Translations under genes and position numbers: made by a program
Shown: piece by piece, positions 20,701 to 29,056 of the stretch
How the letters are laid out: every line of letters starts with the position of its first letter
How positions within the stretch are numbered: the stretch's first letter is position 1
From: a virus
Taxonomy: Duplodnaviria; Caudoviricetes
IMG/VR virus record: IMGVR_UViG_3300027996_003878
Strand: one strand, 5' to 3'
DNA: 64,000 bases
The notes under the pieces: generated by a model
Seen by the model: the letters and a program-made list of their open reading frames with translations, nothing else
The model's database searches: none
What the model was told of the DNA's origin: nothing

Positions 20701-21401
20701 GTTCCAGAGCCCGCGCCGGCCTCTAAAGCTTCATTAAAAACATCAGATCTTAATAATGTTATCGGGAGCCTTGGAAAGCTTGAATAGTCAAAGCTTATTG
20801 ATGTCTTCTTGCCACTCAGTGACTTTCCAACTCGTATAATTTCATAAGCCCCTTCTTCATTTAACCGGTCGTAAGGGCCAACACCACGAACTTTTCCCTC
20901 ATTGGCTACAATATAGCTTAAATAATTATCATTCTTAAGCTGGCCTATGTCATGTAACGCTCTTGATAATGTGAATACCTGCGAGTTAACAATATCGTTA
21001 ACAATTGTCCCTGGATCCAAATTATAAATATTACCGCTAAGTAATTGCTTTAAATTTCTTCTAATTTCATCTTCTTCAATCTCTGGACCCAATAAAGAAA
21101 CAACATTGGTGCGCCCATCTTCTAATAAAAGGCTTTGTCCATTTTTTGACTTAAATTGTATTGAATCAGACGATTTAAAGGTAATAAAATACACACCACC
21201 TGGCACCAATGGTTCGGTTAGTATTCTTAAACCATTTCTTACTACTTCAACCTTTTTAACAGCAGGGCTTATTAGTCCTGGTGTATTTGCAACAATTTCA
21301 ACATTAGATGTATTAATAAGCGGATCTAAAAAGTCCGTAAAAATAGCTTTAATTGTAATGCTATTTACTGCCGCTAAATCTTTAAGTCTTAAGTTGGCCA
21401 T
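14763..21401 (-). CDS. 2212-aa baseplate wedge-like protein with LamG/ConA-like domains
   Basis: RERYRDALTGALQSFTKGPTIPAI is typical of wedge (P2 I/gp7-like) proteins. LamG patterns: EGSIEFWV, WHRIMATY, LFVDG, IDEFRI. Directly downstream of baseplate J. Confidence 0.65.
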   Translation of the reverse strand: MANLRLKDLAAVNSITIKAIFTDFLDPLINTSNVEIVANTPGLISPAVKKVEVVRNGLRILTEPLVPGGVYFITFKSSDSIQFKSKNGQSLLLEDGRTNVVSLLGPEIEEDEIRRNLKQLLSGNIYNLDPGTIVNDIVNSQVFTLSRALHDIGQLKNDNYLSYIVANEGKVRGVGPYDRLNEEGAYEIIRVGKSLSGKKTSISFDYSSFPRLPITLLRSDVFNEALEAGAGSGTFNNFILTAKNNFVSKLNKVLIKYASGGTYEYIIPVYGYQIKDSRYDENFASPLLTLENNQFKLNSTVLDDGFVVPGPADEVVIDYEYKSRGRYVLEDTITVSEVVEVTREAVPPVLTEFTLDNSPIVDSSDIIPIDQLNGVTFLDPNSNPPFSATHPAFLKEIPFRLEGLPSFTGEYSIDYNTGRVFVFGATTNDGTGNYPPLASYRYRRIYSNRLDYTYDPSTSELVANPLRSLIGQNAKLSFEYESNLVPDIDYRAQIHEEILDERIENRILSSNSLAVKNTPITNVFRIYNETSGEIYNVTRFNDNRVYFSSINTPRIESVVQERASFAEVLNELVLVNNEFSNILGIRILKILLENNRIIGASEDVIGASFNSSVTFSRGDLFETELYYDSDFLTESENTDRLTVGQYQVDYQNGVVYLAVLPAQDLNLGTVNYRKPAIKTANAHITSVSDIYYNINFATPPNFHINYNSFTDNEVFPIDFDIAAERFFNGDVTSPYVVSSDTITVTDDVKNVRNIVDVFDLNNNITPTNFAGNASVSDNIITLDPLSVKKSESSVVEPGLVVKATFLSPGIEISNVESVVRDSDNVELFVAGSTFAGYDITLSGGSGAVVGDSVTITYNLRLNGAATPVVDYNRGDYFIDYNYLADEILVSYEYGDNKLDFTQTTALNEGDTYFVSYKVGALRDSLLQNFGTLVNLPVLNSFDTTLPRERYRDALTGALQSFTKGPTIPAIKSLVSSITHIDPEIEEAAFIHWALGVSYLDPDEISTTGDLQLLSGKFDTGVLLEKEGETVTFPVTSNLRLEEGALETWVIPDWNGLDNDASLTFQIFKNGFVLDSSRIFIGADSHNPTYDSDNKFILNRKDKESPIGLPSAIFTETGCFIFYNDDESKWKVIVKDSVDGYGGSIYQGTVKSSGEVYDVKFISGLGEITDVLRSGTDSIEFTFKLDGYDGYDGYFSFDGIDFMADNEHYIFDFGKEKDIDRFSLYKDGRGYLNFRVYDKGGPTKNRKNVYKISADIQDWKAGEKHHIATTWKLNTLERQDEMHLFIDGQEVPNIMRYGGRPIGASSDRFRTVKPELLLTPVPANAITGADLNTVVGSDIVISDGINFGAQGIVPGNTISIKEPGFFTYTILAISDNVLTLDSPMPSSLEDARFSVNEFSSVVSTDIDLYKNIIVTKISGGIETELPGPDAVLPAYEISKNALLQNVLTILGDVSAGDQIAIRTLGLNFRRARDKSYIWGNTTSIFKTQLPPPINLNETKIISILFPLEAIGPSNATLVLGRYVATGLTASQPSNSIEGRILAVRITGSNVDFTNPPTVTINGTTAGGPVFETLTFTSPTTLDTVNKFLTISSIDVESTPIVPSRDTISVEVREAFSITEPNGNSLFPIIRFAYKVQAGSNLFGDGLTDIVTDNQGYFTDSMVGNALVINSPPAAAGTYTISSRIDTNSVRLSPAPPVAFSGGSYDIFNISIGRSGFQNGFFVLEEAGSVNTPWTLNQGLFEFDFQTYLQVDFNPLSNEKAFVGSDLYGRNQANAVIDEFRILSKALTDIRVGEPVEDNVDYITTDFTSLRPFEPNSDTLMLLHFDSLPLVNDSDFWITADKTFLQSSSSVNSRFEKSLVVGKDPLIVDNKGFLSTASEGSIEFWVSPKFDTANDPNRRFYFDASSSVIEESVSLTSASVKLSGRASRILSVRLQTDTDNTGVNYFVGGELASDFQTINLGQALPFQNTPVKVYYVPSGVVGDRISIYKDEAGFITFNVRINDIDYQVRQPVFWSRNTWHRIMATYKFNRKDNLDEIRLFVDGEEKGTVLFGSGLLFGQGAVFGQGLAGVDNSILTADLNFKDVINEFFVGSDIFSANLAQARFDNLRLSNISRNTFTVAGQPKDINFSSNRSIVYPVIEDVFTTYLLNFNTLISKTDDIAILINENFGIFNFTIKILDSFGIVLGNDKTKQVLETLIESLKPAQSKATLDYIE
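17823..17849 (-). repeat. DGY-DGY-DGY coding repeat with synonymous variation
   Basis: Minus strand GAT GGT TAC / GAT GGT TAT / GAC GGT TAT. Confidence 0.9.
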
Positions 21402-24400
21402 TACCTTGTCTCAATATTAACTACAACATCATTTGAAATTATATACTCATTTTCCTGAGCCTCTATGCTCAAGACAGATCCTTCTTGATTTGCTCTATTA
21501 AAATATATAACTCTAACTCTATCGACACCATTTACCGTGTATGCTGCATTAATAAGATCCGAGGAATCTATTATTGTGCCAAGCTCTTGTGCATTTAACG
21601 TTGATATAATAGCATCGCTTACATTCTGCTGAACAATCGCAGTTGAGTTAACAAATGCCTCTGTAACAACAACATTCATAGTTACGTCAACCGGCAACGG
21701 TGTAGCCGCCTTGACGAGCACATCAGCAGTTACCGGCCGTACACTTTCAACCGTCAATGTTGAGTCTGTTATCAGTCTATCACTATTATATCTAATTGAT
21801 ATTCTTTCATTTGCCTTTGGTGCAAGATAATCATAAATAGCTGTATATCGCGATCTTGCATTAGGCTGATTGAAATTTCTAACAACTAAAGATGCTGAAC
21901 TAGAAGAAGTACTAGTAAATCCGCTCGAAATAGCTATTGTATCAACAGTGACAAACTTTTTATTTGTTATTAAGGTGCCACCCTTGCTAAAATACACATT
22001 TTCACTATCAATTGATGTAGTGATATAAAATCTAGCCCTTAAGGCATTACCAGCCACAGGCGCATTTTCTAAATTATTGGGCGTAGAAGGCAGCTCAACC
22101 TCAGTGACACTTAATGATGTATCTGCAATAGACTCATCTAAAACAAGACTATTATCATTCAAAGAATAATTCTTTATATCATATTCATTTAGAACTTCTA
22201 ACACTTGCAAGTCAGAGCTTGCTTCTACCCGCTCCATCTTAACAAGTCTTGCAACTTTTACATTTGAAGGCACTTGCTCGACAGAGCTTAATCCCAAAAA
22301 CGATTTAATCGCACTAGATAAATTCTGCTTTAGACCGGAAAATGCAGTAGTAAAAACAACGTCAAAAACAGCTTGTATTGTCGTACCACTTGCAGTTATC
22401 ACGCCAGGCGAAATAGCTCCAGAAATTGTCATGCTTAAATTTGTTGGACCTTGTCTTAGATTTTTATAAATCCCACCTCCTAACAAAAATAAATTTGTAG
22501 AGGGTTGAGTTCCAACGCCAACGGCAGTTTCAGTATCAAATTCATTTTGAGAACGGATTGCTGGCAAATCTGATAGGGCCGTACCAGGCAAAACTGTATT
22601 AACATCCGCAATATAAGTGCATTCAACCAAGCGCCCGGCAACCGCACTAGCAGATGGAGTGATGCTAATTAAATTGGCATCAAAGCTACCCTCTACATCG
22701 CCATTAAATACATCTATAGCATTATAGACAACCGAAACCTGATCGCCTAAGCTAGCAATCGTATCACTTGGTAAAAATATTACAGAACCACTAAATGTCC
22801 CATCATTTGCAGTCGTATTCCACAGGTGACCGCCATTTTCACTTTTTGTGACACTAACAACATTAGAAACCGGCTCTGAAACAACCAAAGCCAACTCGCC
22901 ATTTATCAAGGTTACATCTACAACTTCCTCTGTAAAAACGTTTACAGAAATAACTGAGCTAACATTATGAGTGACTGTAGCTGTTAAAAAAGAACCCGAA
23001 GAAATTAATGTAGCTACTTCACGCCTAACTAAGTTAGACATGTCCCAATCTACACTATCTTGCACTGCTCTTGCGTTATTGCTAAATACAATATTGTCAA
23101 AATCAAAATAAGGATCATAGCTATAGATCCATGTATAATCAACCTGAAGAGTATCACTTACAGCTGGCAAAGTATTTCCTCTAATTTGAATTACTCCAGT
23201 GTTATTTACTGAACCTGAACCATCAGGATTTTGATTTGCTACTATGTATCTTTCACCTGTTGTTAAATTAAATACACGGGTTACGTTTTTAATTGGGAAA
23301 TGTGATAATTGTATTCGGGATCGATCTGAAGCAATTACTCTACTATTTTCATTTGAAACTGAAATATTTTGTACTGCACTACTTACTTCTAAAACATCAG
23401 AAAAAGCCAAAGGATCTTGTCCATTAAAAATACCTTTGGTCTTATCTTCAGTAAACCCAGAGATACGATCAGAAATCCAATGCAACTTATCAAAACCCCA
23501 AGGGCTTCCTGCATAAGCGCCTTGATCAAATATAATTTCATAATTTCCGCTTACACGACCCAACTCATCAACGGATTTTTCTACAAAATTAGAGCCACTT
23601 ATAGAGCCACTTACTTGAATAACATTATTCACCGGCTGGCTAGGTAAAATTCCAGTAGAAAGATTATCAATACGCTTTCTGGTTACAGTTTTATCTTCAT
23701 CACCAGGGACTTGACCTAATACAAAATCATTTTCGCTGTTTGTTGGATCGCCGGTATTACTTTGATCATTATAAATATAACTATCAGTCACTTCTTGCAA
23801 GCGTGTGCCGAAAACATAGATGTCAACTTTACCGCCAGTGCCATCTGATATAATTGTTCGTTGACCATCTTCCGCTACAAAAACTTGAGTTCCATCCCTG
23901 GTCATTAAGGGATTACCAGGGCCAATTACAAGAGCATCAATGACAGAAGGATCTCCTAAGACAGCGTTTTGATAACCCAGAGAAGTGCCTGTATTGGCGC
24001 CGCTAAATATACCTAAAACTCTATTCCTAAAGGTTGCATCATCTTCTACATCAGCGCCGCCGCTAAAAGGAGATGAGTTTGTTACAAAGTTAATTCCAGA
24101 TATATTTGTATTATTAAGTGAATAAGTTGAAATATTACCCTGCTGACCCGCAGATACCGCCTGAACTACAACTTCAACAGCAAGCTCATCTGTTGATCCT
24201 ATAAAATCTAAATCAGCTCTGTATTTAGAAGCTATCGCTCTGTATTGACTTTCAAAAGTAGGAGTAACAACAATTCCGTTTACAACTGAAAAACTTGAAC
24301 CATTTTTCGCAGTTACAATGTCTCCCTGAGATACTGCTATAGAAGTACTCAAATTTGAGAATGTCATAATAGCAATGCCGCCAGCTTGATTTCCATTTTG

Positions 24401-24640
24401 CCTAGTAGCGCCAAAATTCTGAGCAAGTTTATCTAAATCAGAGCCTACAGCCAATCGCAATGACTGCAAGGACGAAACATTAGCAATTTCGTCATACAAG
24501 CGGGACAATTGAGCAGATGGCCCATCAATTACAACATCACGAACTACAGTACCAGGCTTTGTGTCTAATAAGGGCTGAGCTGTACGAATAAAATCAATCA
24601 AACTCAAAATAATATCATTTGTACTTCTCGTTCTGACCAT
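21401..24640 (-). CDS. Baseplate J-like (gp6/gp47) protein, 1079 aa with a large insertion
   Basis: PGTVVRDVVID, GSDLDKLAQNFGATR, SAGQQGN, GGADVEDDATFRNR and a C-terminal GVDRVRV. Confidence 0.85.
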   Translation of the reverse strand: MVRTRSTNDIILSLIDFIRTAQPLLDTKPGTVVRDVVIDGPSAQLSRLYDEIANVSSLQSLRLAVGSDLDKLAQNFGATRQNGNQAGGIAIMTFSNLSTSIAVSQGDIVTAKNGSSFSVVNGIVVTPTFESQYRAIASKYRADLDFIGSTDELAVEVVVQAVSAGQQGNISTYSLNNTNISGINFVTNSSPFSGGADVEDDATFRNRVLGIFSGANTGTSLGYQNAVLGDPSVIDALVIGPGNPLMTRDGTQVFVAEDGQRTIISDGTGGKVDIYVFGTRLQEVTDSYIYNDQSNTGDPTNSENDFVLGQVPGDEDKTVTRKRIDNLSTGILPSQPVNNVIQVSGSISGSNFVEKSVDELGRVSGNYEIIFDQGAYAGSPWGFDKLHWISDRISGFTEDKTKGIFNGQDPLAFSDVLEVSSAVQNISVSNENSRVIASDRSRIQLSHFPIKNVTRVFNLTTGERYIVANQNPDGSGSVNNTGVIQIRGNTLPAVSDTLQVDYTWIYSYDPYFDFDNIVFSNNARAVQDSVDWDMSNLVRREVATLISSGSFLTATVTHNVSSVISVNVFTEEVVDVTLINGELALVVSEPVSNVVSVTKSENGGHLWNTTANDGTFSGSVIFLPSDTIASLGDQVSVVYNAIDVFNGDVEGSFDANLISITPSASAVAGRLVECTYIADVNTVLPGTALSDLPAIRSQNEFDTETAVGVGTQPSTNLFLLGGGIYKNLRQGPTNLSMTISGAISPGVITASGTTIQAVFDVVFTTAFSGLKQNLSSAIKSFLGLSSVEQVPSNVKVARLVKMERVEASSDLQVLEVLNEYDIKNYSLNDNSLVLDESIADTSLSVTEVELPSTPNNLENAPVAGNALRARFYITTSIDSENVYFSKGGTLITNKKFVTVDTIAISSGFTSTSSSSASLVVRNFNQPNARSRYTAIYDYLAPKANERISIRYNSDRLITDSTLTVESVRPVTADVLVKAATPLPVDVTMNVVVTEAFVNSTAIVQQNVSDAIISTLNAQELGTIIDSSDLINAAYTVNGVDRVRVIYFNRANQEGSVLSIEAQENEYIISNDVVVNIETR

Positions 24641-24729
24641 AATCTAACCTGCAATACCTTTATTAATAAAGTTTATACTTACCTGCCCGCCACCTATATA
24701 AATAAATATATATAGAACAGAATAACCAA

Positions 24730-25158
24730 TCAAATGTTCTTCATATTAAATCCCGTTGTCACAGGCGTGAAAGATCTGGTTAATACCTTTATTATCACTT
24801 GGAAAAAACGAGGGTCTGTTTGATTTCTAGTAATGATAACGTCTTTAACAGCGGCTAAAAGCTCCTCTGCGGACGTCAATTGTGTCTGAGACTGAGCCTC
24901 CTGCAACTGCTTTAAGGTCTCTAGTGAGTTTCTTAATTGTGAAGAAGCTATTGTAGTCAAGAAATCTATATCAAGAGAACTTCCCACCAAAGATCTGGAA
25001 ATTGGAGAGCCATACCAGGGATGAAATTGATTACTGCCACTTGCCGTAGTAATCAGCTTCAAAATATCTTGAATCAACTTATCCTTATCTTCGGCTTTTT
25101 TTATATCTCCATTCTCAATTACAATATCACCTTGCTCCACTTTAAAATCAAATGACAT
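24730..25158 (-). CDS. gp25-like baseplate wedge / sheath initiator
   Basis: LIQDILKLITT..GS..FHPWYGS pattern; 142 aa; adjacent to J. Confidence 0.75.
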   Translation of the reverse strand: MSFDFKVEQGDIVIENGDIKKAEDKDKLIQDILKLITTASGSNQFHPWYGSPISRSLVGSSLDIDFLTTIASSQLRNSLETLKQLQEAQSQTQLTSAEELLAAVKDVIITRNQTDPRFFQVIIKVLTRSFTPVTTGFNMKNI

Positions 25159-25225
25159 TTTTACCTTTTAAGCTTAATTAGTTGTTTTATTTATACATAA
25201 TTAAGCGTATAAAGATCGCTACTAA

Positions 25226-26914
25226 TTAAGAATTGACGGTCGCAACAGGCTGATATTTAATGCCTTCCCGTTTATACAGTGTTTCCGTAAAGGACAGGGC
25301 AAGTGATAAGCTTTTTTCAATTTCAGACAAACACTCCCGCACAGAGGGTCGTGAGCCTTGCTTTTGCGCTTCAACTTCATTATTTACAAGAAGAGGATTG
25401 TTTGAAATTAATCTTTGTAAAGAAGAATCATCTAAAAGCCCAATTAGGAACCGTATATCCACTGACCATAATGCAAAATAAATACAAAAAATATCAACCA
25501 AACCCAGTCCCGAAGTCTCGCCAGTTATTAGCTCTATATTAGCCATGGCATTGTGACCACGTATGGCGAATTTTTGCTGATCCCTCTCTTCTTTTTTGAG
25601 ATCTTTGGTTATTTTTTTAACTGACTCGCCATTTGCAAAAGATGACTTCAACCCTGGTATGGCAAAATCACCTAAATCATTATAATCATTAACTGTTGCT
25701 TCTGCTAAATTTAAATTTAATTTTAAATTTAAAATTCTACGAGCAATCTCATTTGTTCTAGTTAAGTTCTGAGTCCATAACGTGCAACCCTGCCTTGACC
25801 CAAACTGCGGTCCATTTGCTGCCGGCTGAGGCACCCAACTAATTTTGTCAATTGACTTTTCCACATCCTGTTGTGCTTCTACTAGTTTTTTTATCACTAC
25901 CTTTAAAAGTTTTATTAAGCTCGCTAAGTATCTAAACTCAAGACTAGTAATATTTTCTAAAAAGAACTTATCTTGATTTTCTAAATCATTTCCTTCACTT
26001 AAAGCCCTTATTGTGTCTTTAAATAAATTTATATCTTCTGAGTTTACAGGCGCCTCCCTTGAGTCATTTTGTATGATAGCTATAGCGTTTCTATAAAAGA
26101 ATGGATTTTCAGATACTGATTGCAAGCGTTCCCGCAATATAAATTCAATACCAGGACGTAAACAAAACTTATCAGGACTGTTTGAGATCTTTGTTAGCTG
26201 CTTTGTAGATAAAAATGGTATACATACACGCAGTTCGGCGGGCTCCACGTTATCTGCAATGAAAGGATCTACAACAAGAGGCCTTAAAAGATGGTTGCCG
26301 CTTACAACGTTTTGATTTAAGTTAGCAGCGAGTAAAGTTACTTGCTCTGGCTTATAATTACTTACTTTTGTTTGAGGGTTTATTTCAAAAAATTCTTCTA
26401 AATATTCTTTTCTTTTAACATCTTTAAAATCTTGCTTATCAAAATCAAGCGGGCCTAACGAAGTATCAAATGAAGCAAATTGAACAAACGGTGACTTGCA
26501 AAATAAATAAGTATAGATGGCTGCATTAAAAGATCTACCGCGATAAAAAGTATCAATCTCACTAGCCCTTTGTTCTCGTAGAGATGATAAATTTCCAGCG
26601 GGAGAGCCCTTAAAGCTTTCATTAGTAGTTTTTATTTTGTCTTCAATAGGGAGCTTAAAGCCCGTGTTGTAAAAAGAACTGCCTTTTGCATCTACAACAG
26701 GAAAACCCAACATTCTATAGAACGCATGACAACGACTTTCTGTAAAACTAGAAGTATTTACCTGACTTTCACCTTTTACCTCAGAATCACTCCGCCTCTT
26801 AAGGCTTCGTATATTATCAATAGGAGTAATAAATCTTCTGGCTAAAGCGCTAATATCGCTCTCAATTTTTTGAAGATTTTCCTCTGAAAATATTCTTTTT
26901 GGTTTACGTGCCAA
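25226..26914 (-). CDS. Hypothetical virion-module protein (562 aa, TTG start)
   Basis: Long ORF in the baseplate operon with GGGAG SD upstream of TTG; no motif recognised. Confidence 0.6.
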   Translation of the reverse strand: MARKPKRIFSEENLQKIESDISALARRFITPIDNIRSLKRRSDSEVKGESQVNTSSFTESRCHAFYRMLGFPVVDAKGSSFYNTGFKLPIEDKIKTTNESFKGSPAGNLSSLREQRASEIDTFYRGRSFNAAIYTYLFCKSPFVQFASFDTSLGPLDFDKQDFKDVKRKEYLEEFFEINPQTKVSNYKPEQVTLLAANLNQNVVSGNHLLRPLVVDPFIADNVEPAELRVCIPFLSTKQLTKISNSPDKFCLRPGIEFILRERLQSVSENPFFYRNAIAIIQNDSREAPVNSEDINLFKDTIRALSEGNDLENQDKFFLENITSLEFRYLASLIKLLKVVIKKLVEAQQDVEKSIDKISWVPQPAANGPQFGSRQGCTLWTQNLTRTNEIARRILNLKLNLNLAEATVNDYNDLGDFAIPGLKSSFANGESVKKITKDLKKEERDQQKFAIRGHNAMANIELITGETSGLGLVDIFCIYFALWSVDIRFLIGLLDDSSLQRLISNNPLLVNNEVEAQKQGSRPSVRECLSEIEKSLSLALSFTETLYKREGIKYQPVATVNS

Positions 26915-26916
26915 AA

Positions 26917-29028
26917 TTAGCTCCCATCATTGGCTACATCAGTTGCATCGCGACGCGGCGCAGGTACGCCCAAATCATCAACAAAGTTATAAGCTAAAGA
27001 AAGCTCATTGATTACAGCGGGATTATCGTCATCACCAATTATAACTTCACTCAAAACTTTGTTATCATAAAGCACGCTCAGAACACCGCTACCAGGGTTA
27101 ACGCTCGATATAGACGCATTGTATGAGGTATAGCCATCATACTCAAAGTCTGATATATCGCCCAATGTGACTTCTCCCTTTAATTTTTTTGCGACCTCAC
27201 TTGCGCAAGATTCAAGCACGTTCTCTGAGACTGAAGCTTCTGTAGGGCCATTTAATACAACTGTGACTTTTATTTCTCTAGTTGTAAATTGAACATCAGT
27301 GTCAAGTGCAACTGTGCTTTTAAACTGACTTACGCCCTTTTGTACAGCCCCACAATAAGCAGCTTTAGTCTGATCTAAAAGATCCCCCGCACACAATTCG
27401 AATTTAGCTTGAAACTCAGCGGTACCTGTCTCAGATACATCTCCTTGAAATTTTTCTAAAGCATCTGTAATACATTCTAATGCACAATTTATATTTGGCA
27501 AAAATCCAGATGATGGGCAAAAGACACCATCAGGCGTTGGGTCTAATCTTTGATCTATAGGATCAATTCCTTCAGCTATTATCACAGCGTTAGTCACAGC
27601 CTTTTCCGCACTAACCTCAGGAATACAGCCAACTGTAATTAAATTATACTCAACAAGAGCACCGTGATTTGGCTTTAACACATACTCAACGCTTGAGATT
27701 TGATAACCATCAGGATAAGGAGGTGGCGATGAAGTATTTATCGGGTTTTGATGAATAAAATCATTTAATGTTGCCTGGGAGCCATTTACAATGTAAGGAG
27801 TTGTATTATCGTCTTCAAACACAAGCCCACCTTCAATGTTCAAGGTGCCAGTATCAGGAACCGGATCTAAATTGTTATCTTTATCAAGAACTCCAATGTA
27901 TGGCTTTCTAACAACAATACAATCGTTAACCCTCATAAACCTAGTACCACCAAAGTCCAGAGGGTTAAAAATAGCCGGATTTAACTGTAATCGAATATCA
28001 ACTAGATAAGGCGCTTTATTGAGAGGCGTGTCAGCTTCAAATGATAGCTCTGGATAGAATATTTTACCGAAAATATTAGCCGGGGTGATAATGTCTCTAA
28101 ACGGGTACGGCTGAACAACAGGATCAACAAGCTGCCACCTCTCGACTCTCAAAGGGGCAAGATTTAATCCAAGAGTATTAAGAGGCGGTGGAAAAGATGA
28201 CTGATCAGCCGCAACTTCACTATAATAAATAAGTTCACCACTATCCGCACTAATTCCACTTGGATTGTCCTTGATGAAATCAGGACAATTCTCTGAATTA
28301 CAGCAGGGACTATTTCCGTCACTATCATCACAAATCGCTGCGCCAGCAAAAGCAGCTAATGATTCAATCACCGCAAAAATCGCCTGAATTGCAATCAAAA
28401 TTGCCAAAAAATTCTGAATCAAACAAAACAAAGATGCTAATTTATTTGCAACTGCTAAAGATGCATCAGCATTCTCATATTGCACCGCTTTAGCAAGATC
28501 TATAAGCTCTTTAAGCATATCCGCAAGCAGCTTTAAAATAACTTCAATAATGTAAGTAACTATAGCTATAATCAAAAGAAGCAAAGCTATTAGCATTTGT
28601 ATTAATGCCAACCACGGGAAAATAGCTAAAAACGGCGGCAGACACTCCATAAACAATCGCTTCAAAGCCGCAGCTATTGCAAAAGGATTCGGTATCGCAC
28701 ACAGCACCTCAATGATACAGCCAAATAAATTAAGCGCCGCCATTATAAAGTTATAAAACGACAAGAATGGCTGAATGGCTGAAAGAATGCTAGATATAAT
28801 ATCGTATTTACTTTTAAAGTTGGTATCAATTGTAGCTTTAAAAGTTCCACTAGGAAATACAGCCTGAACCTGCTCGATAAGTTCAAATAAATTTTCCAAC
28901 AATTCAGTTGGCAGCTCTAAACCAGGTATTGGTATATTGAATGGAGCTGTAGCTATCCCTAAGCCAGGAATAGAAACGCCTGGAAAGTTAGGAGGGTTAA
29001 GAGTTAAATCTGAAGGCTGACAGGGCAT
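26917..29028 (-). CDS. 703-aa baseplate-region protein with long hydrophobic helices and a Cys cluster
   Basis: WLALIQMLIALLLLIIAIVTYIIEVIL and FLAILIAIQAIFAVI segments; CDDSDGNSPCCNSENC; two DGY motifs. Confidence 0.6.
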   Translation of the reverse strand: MPCQPSDLTLNPPNFPGVSIPGLGIATAPFNIPIPGLELPTELLENLFELIEQVQAVFPSGTFKATIDTNFKSKYDIISSILSAIQPFLSFYNFIMAALNLFGCIIEVLCAIPNPFAIAAALKRLFMECLPPFLAIFPWLALIQMLIALLLLIIAIVTYIIEVILKLLADMLKELIDLAKAVQYENADASLAVANKLASLFCLIQNFLAILIAIQAIFAVIESLAAFAGAAICDDSDGNSPCCNSENCPDFIKDNPSGISADSGELIYYSEVAADQSSFPPPLNTLGLNLAPLRVERWQLVDPVVQPYPFRDIITPANIFGKIFYPELSFEADTPLNKAPYLVDIRLQLNPAIFNPLDFGGTRFMRVNDCIVVRKPYIGVLDKDNNLDPVPDTGTLNIEGGLVFEDDNTTPYIVNGSQATLNDFIHQNPINTSSPPPYPDGYQISSVEYVLKPNHGALVEYNLITVGCIPEVSAEKAVTNAVIIAEGIDPIDQRLDPTPDGVFCPSSGFLPNINCALECITDALEKFQGDVSETGTAEFQAKFELCAGDLLDQTKAAYCGAVQKGVSQFKSTVALDTDVQFTTREIKVTVVLNGPTEASVSENVLESCASEVAKKLKGEVTLGDISDFEYDGYTSYNASISSVNPGSGVLSVLYDNKVLSEVIIGDDDNPAVINELSLAYNFVDDLGVPAPRRDATDVANDGS

Positions 29029-29056
29029 GATCTTAATTTGCTAAAACAATTACTTA

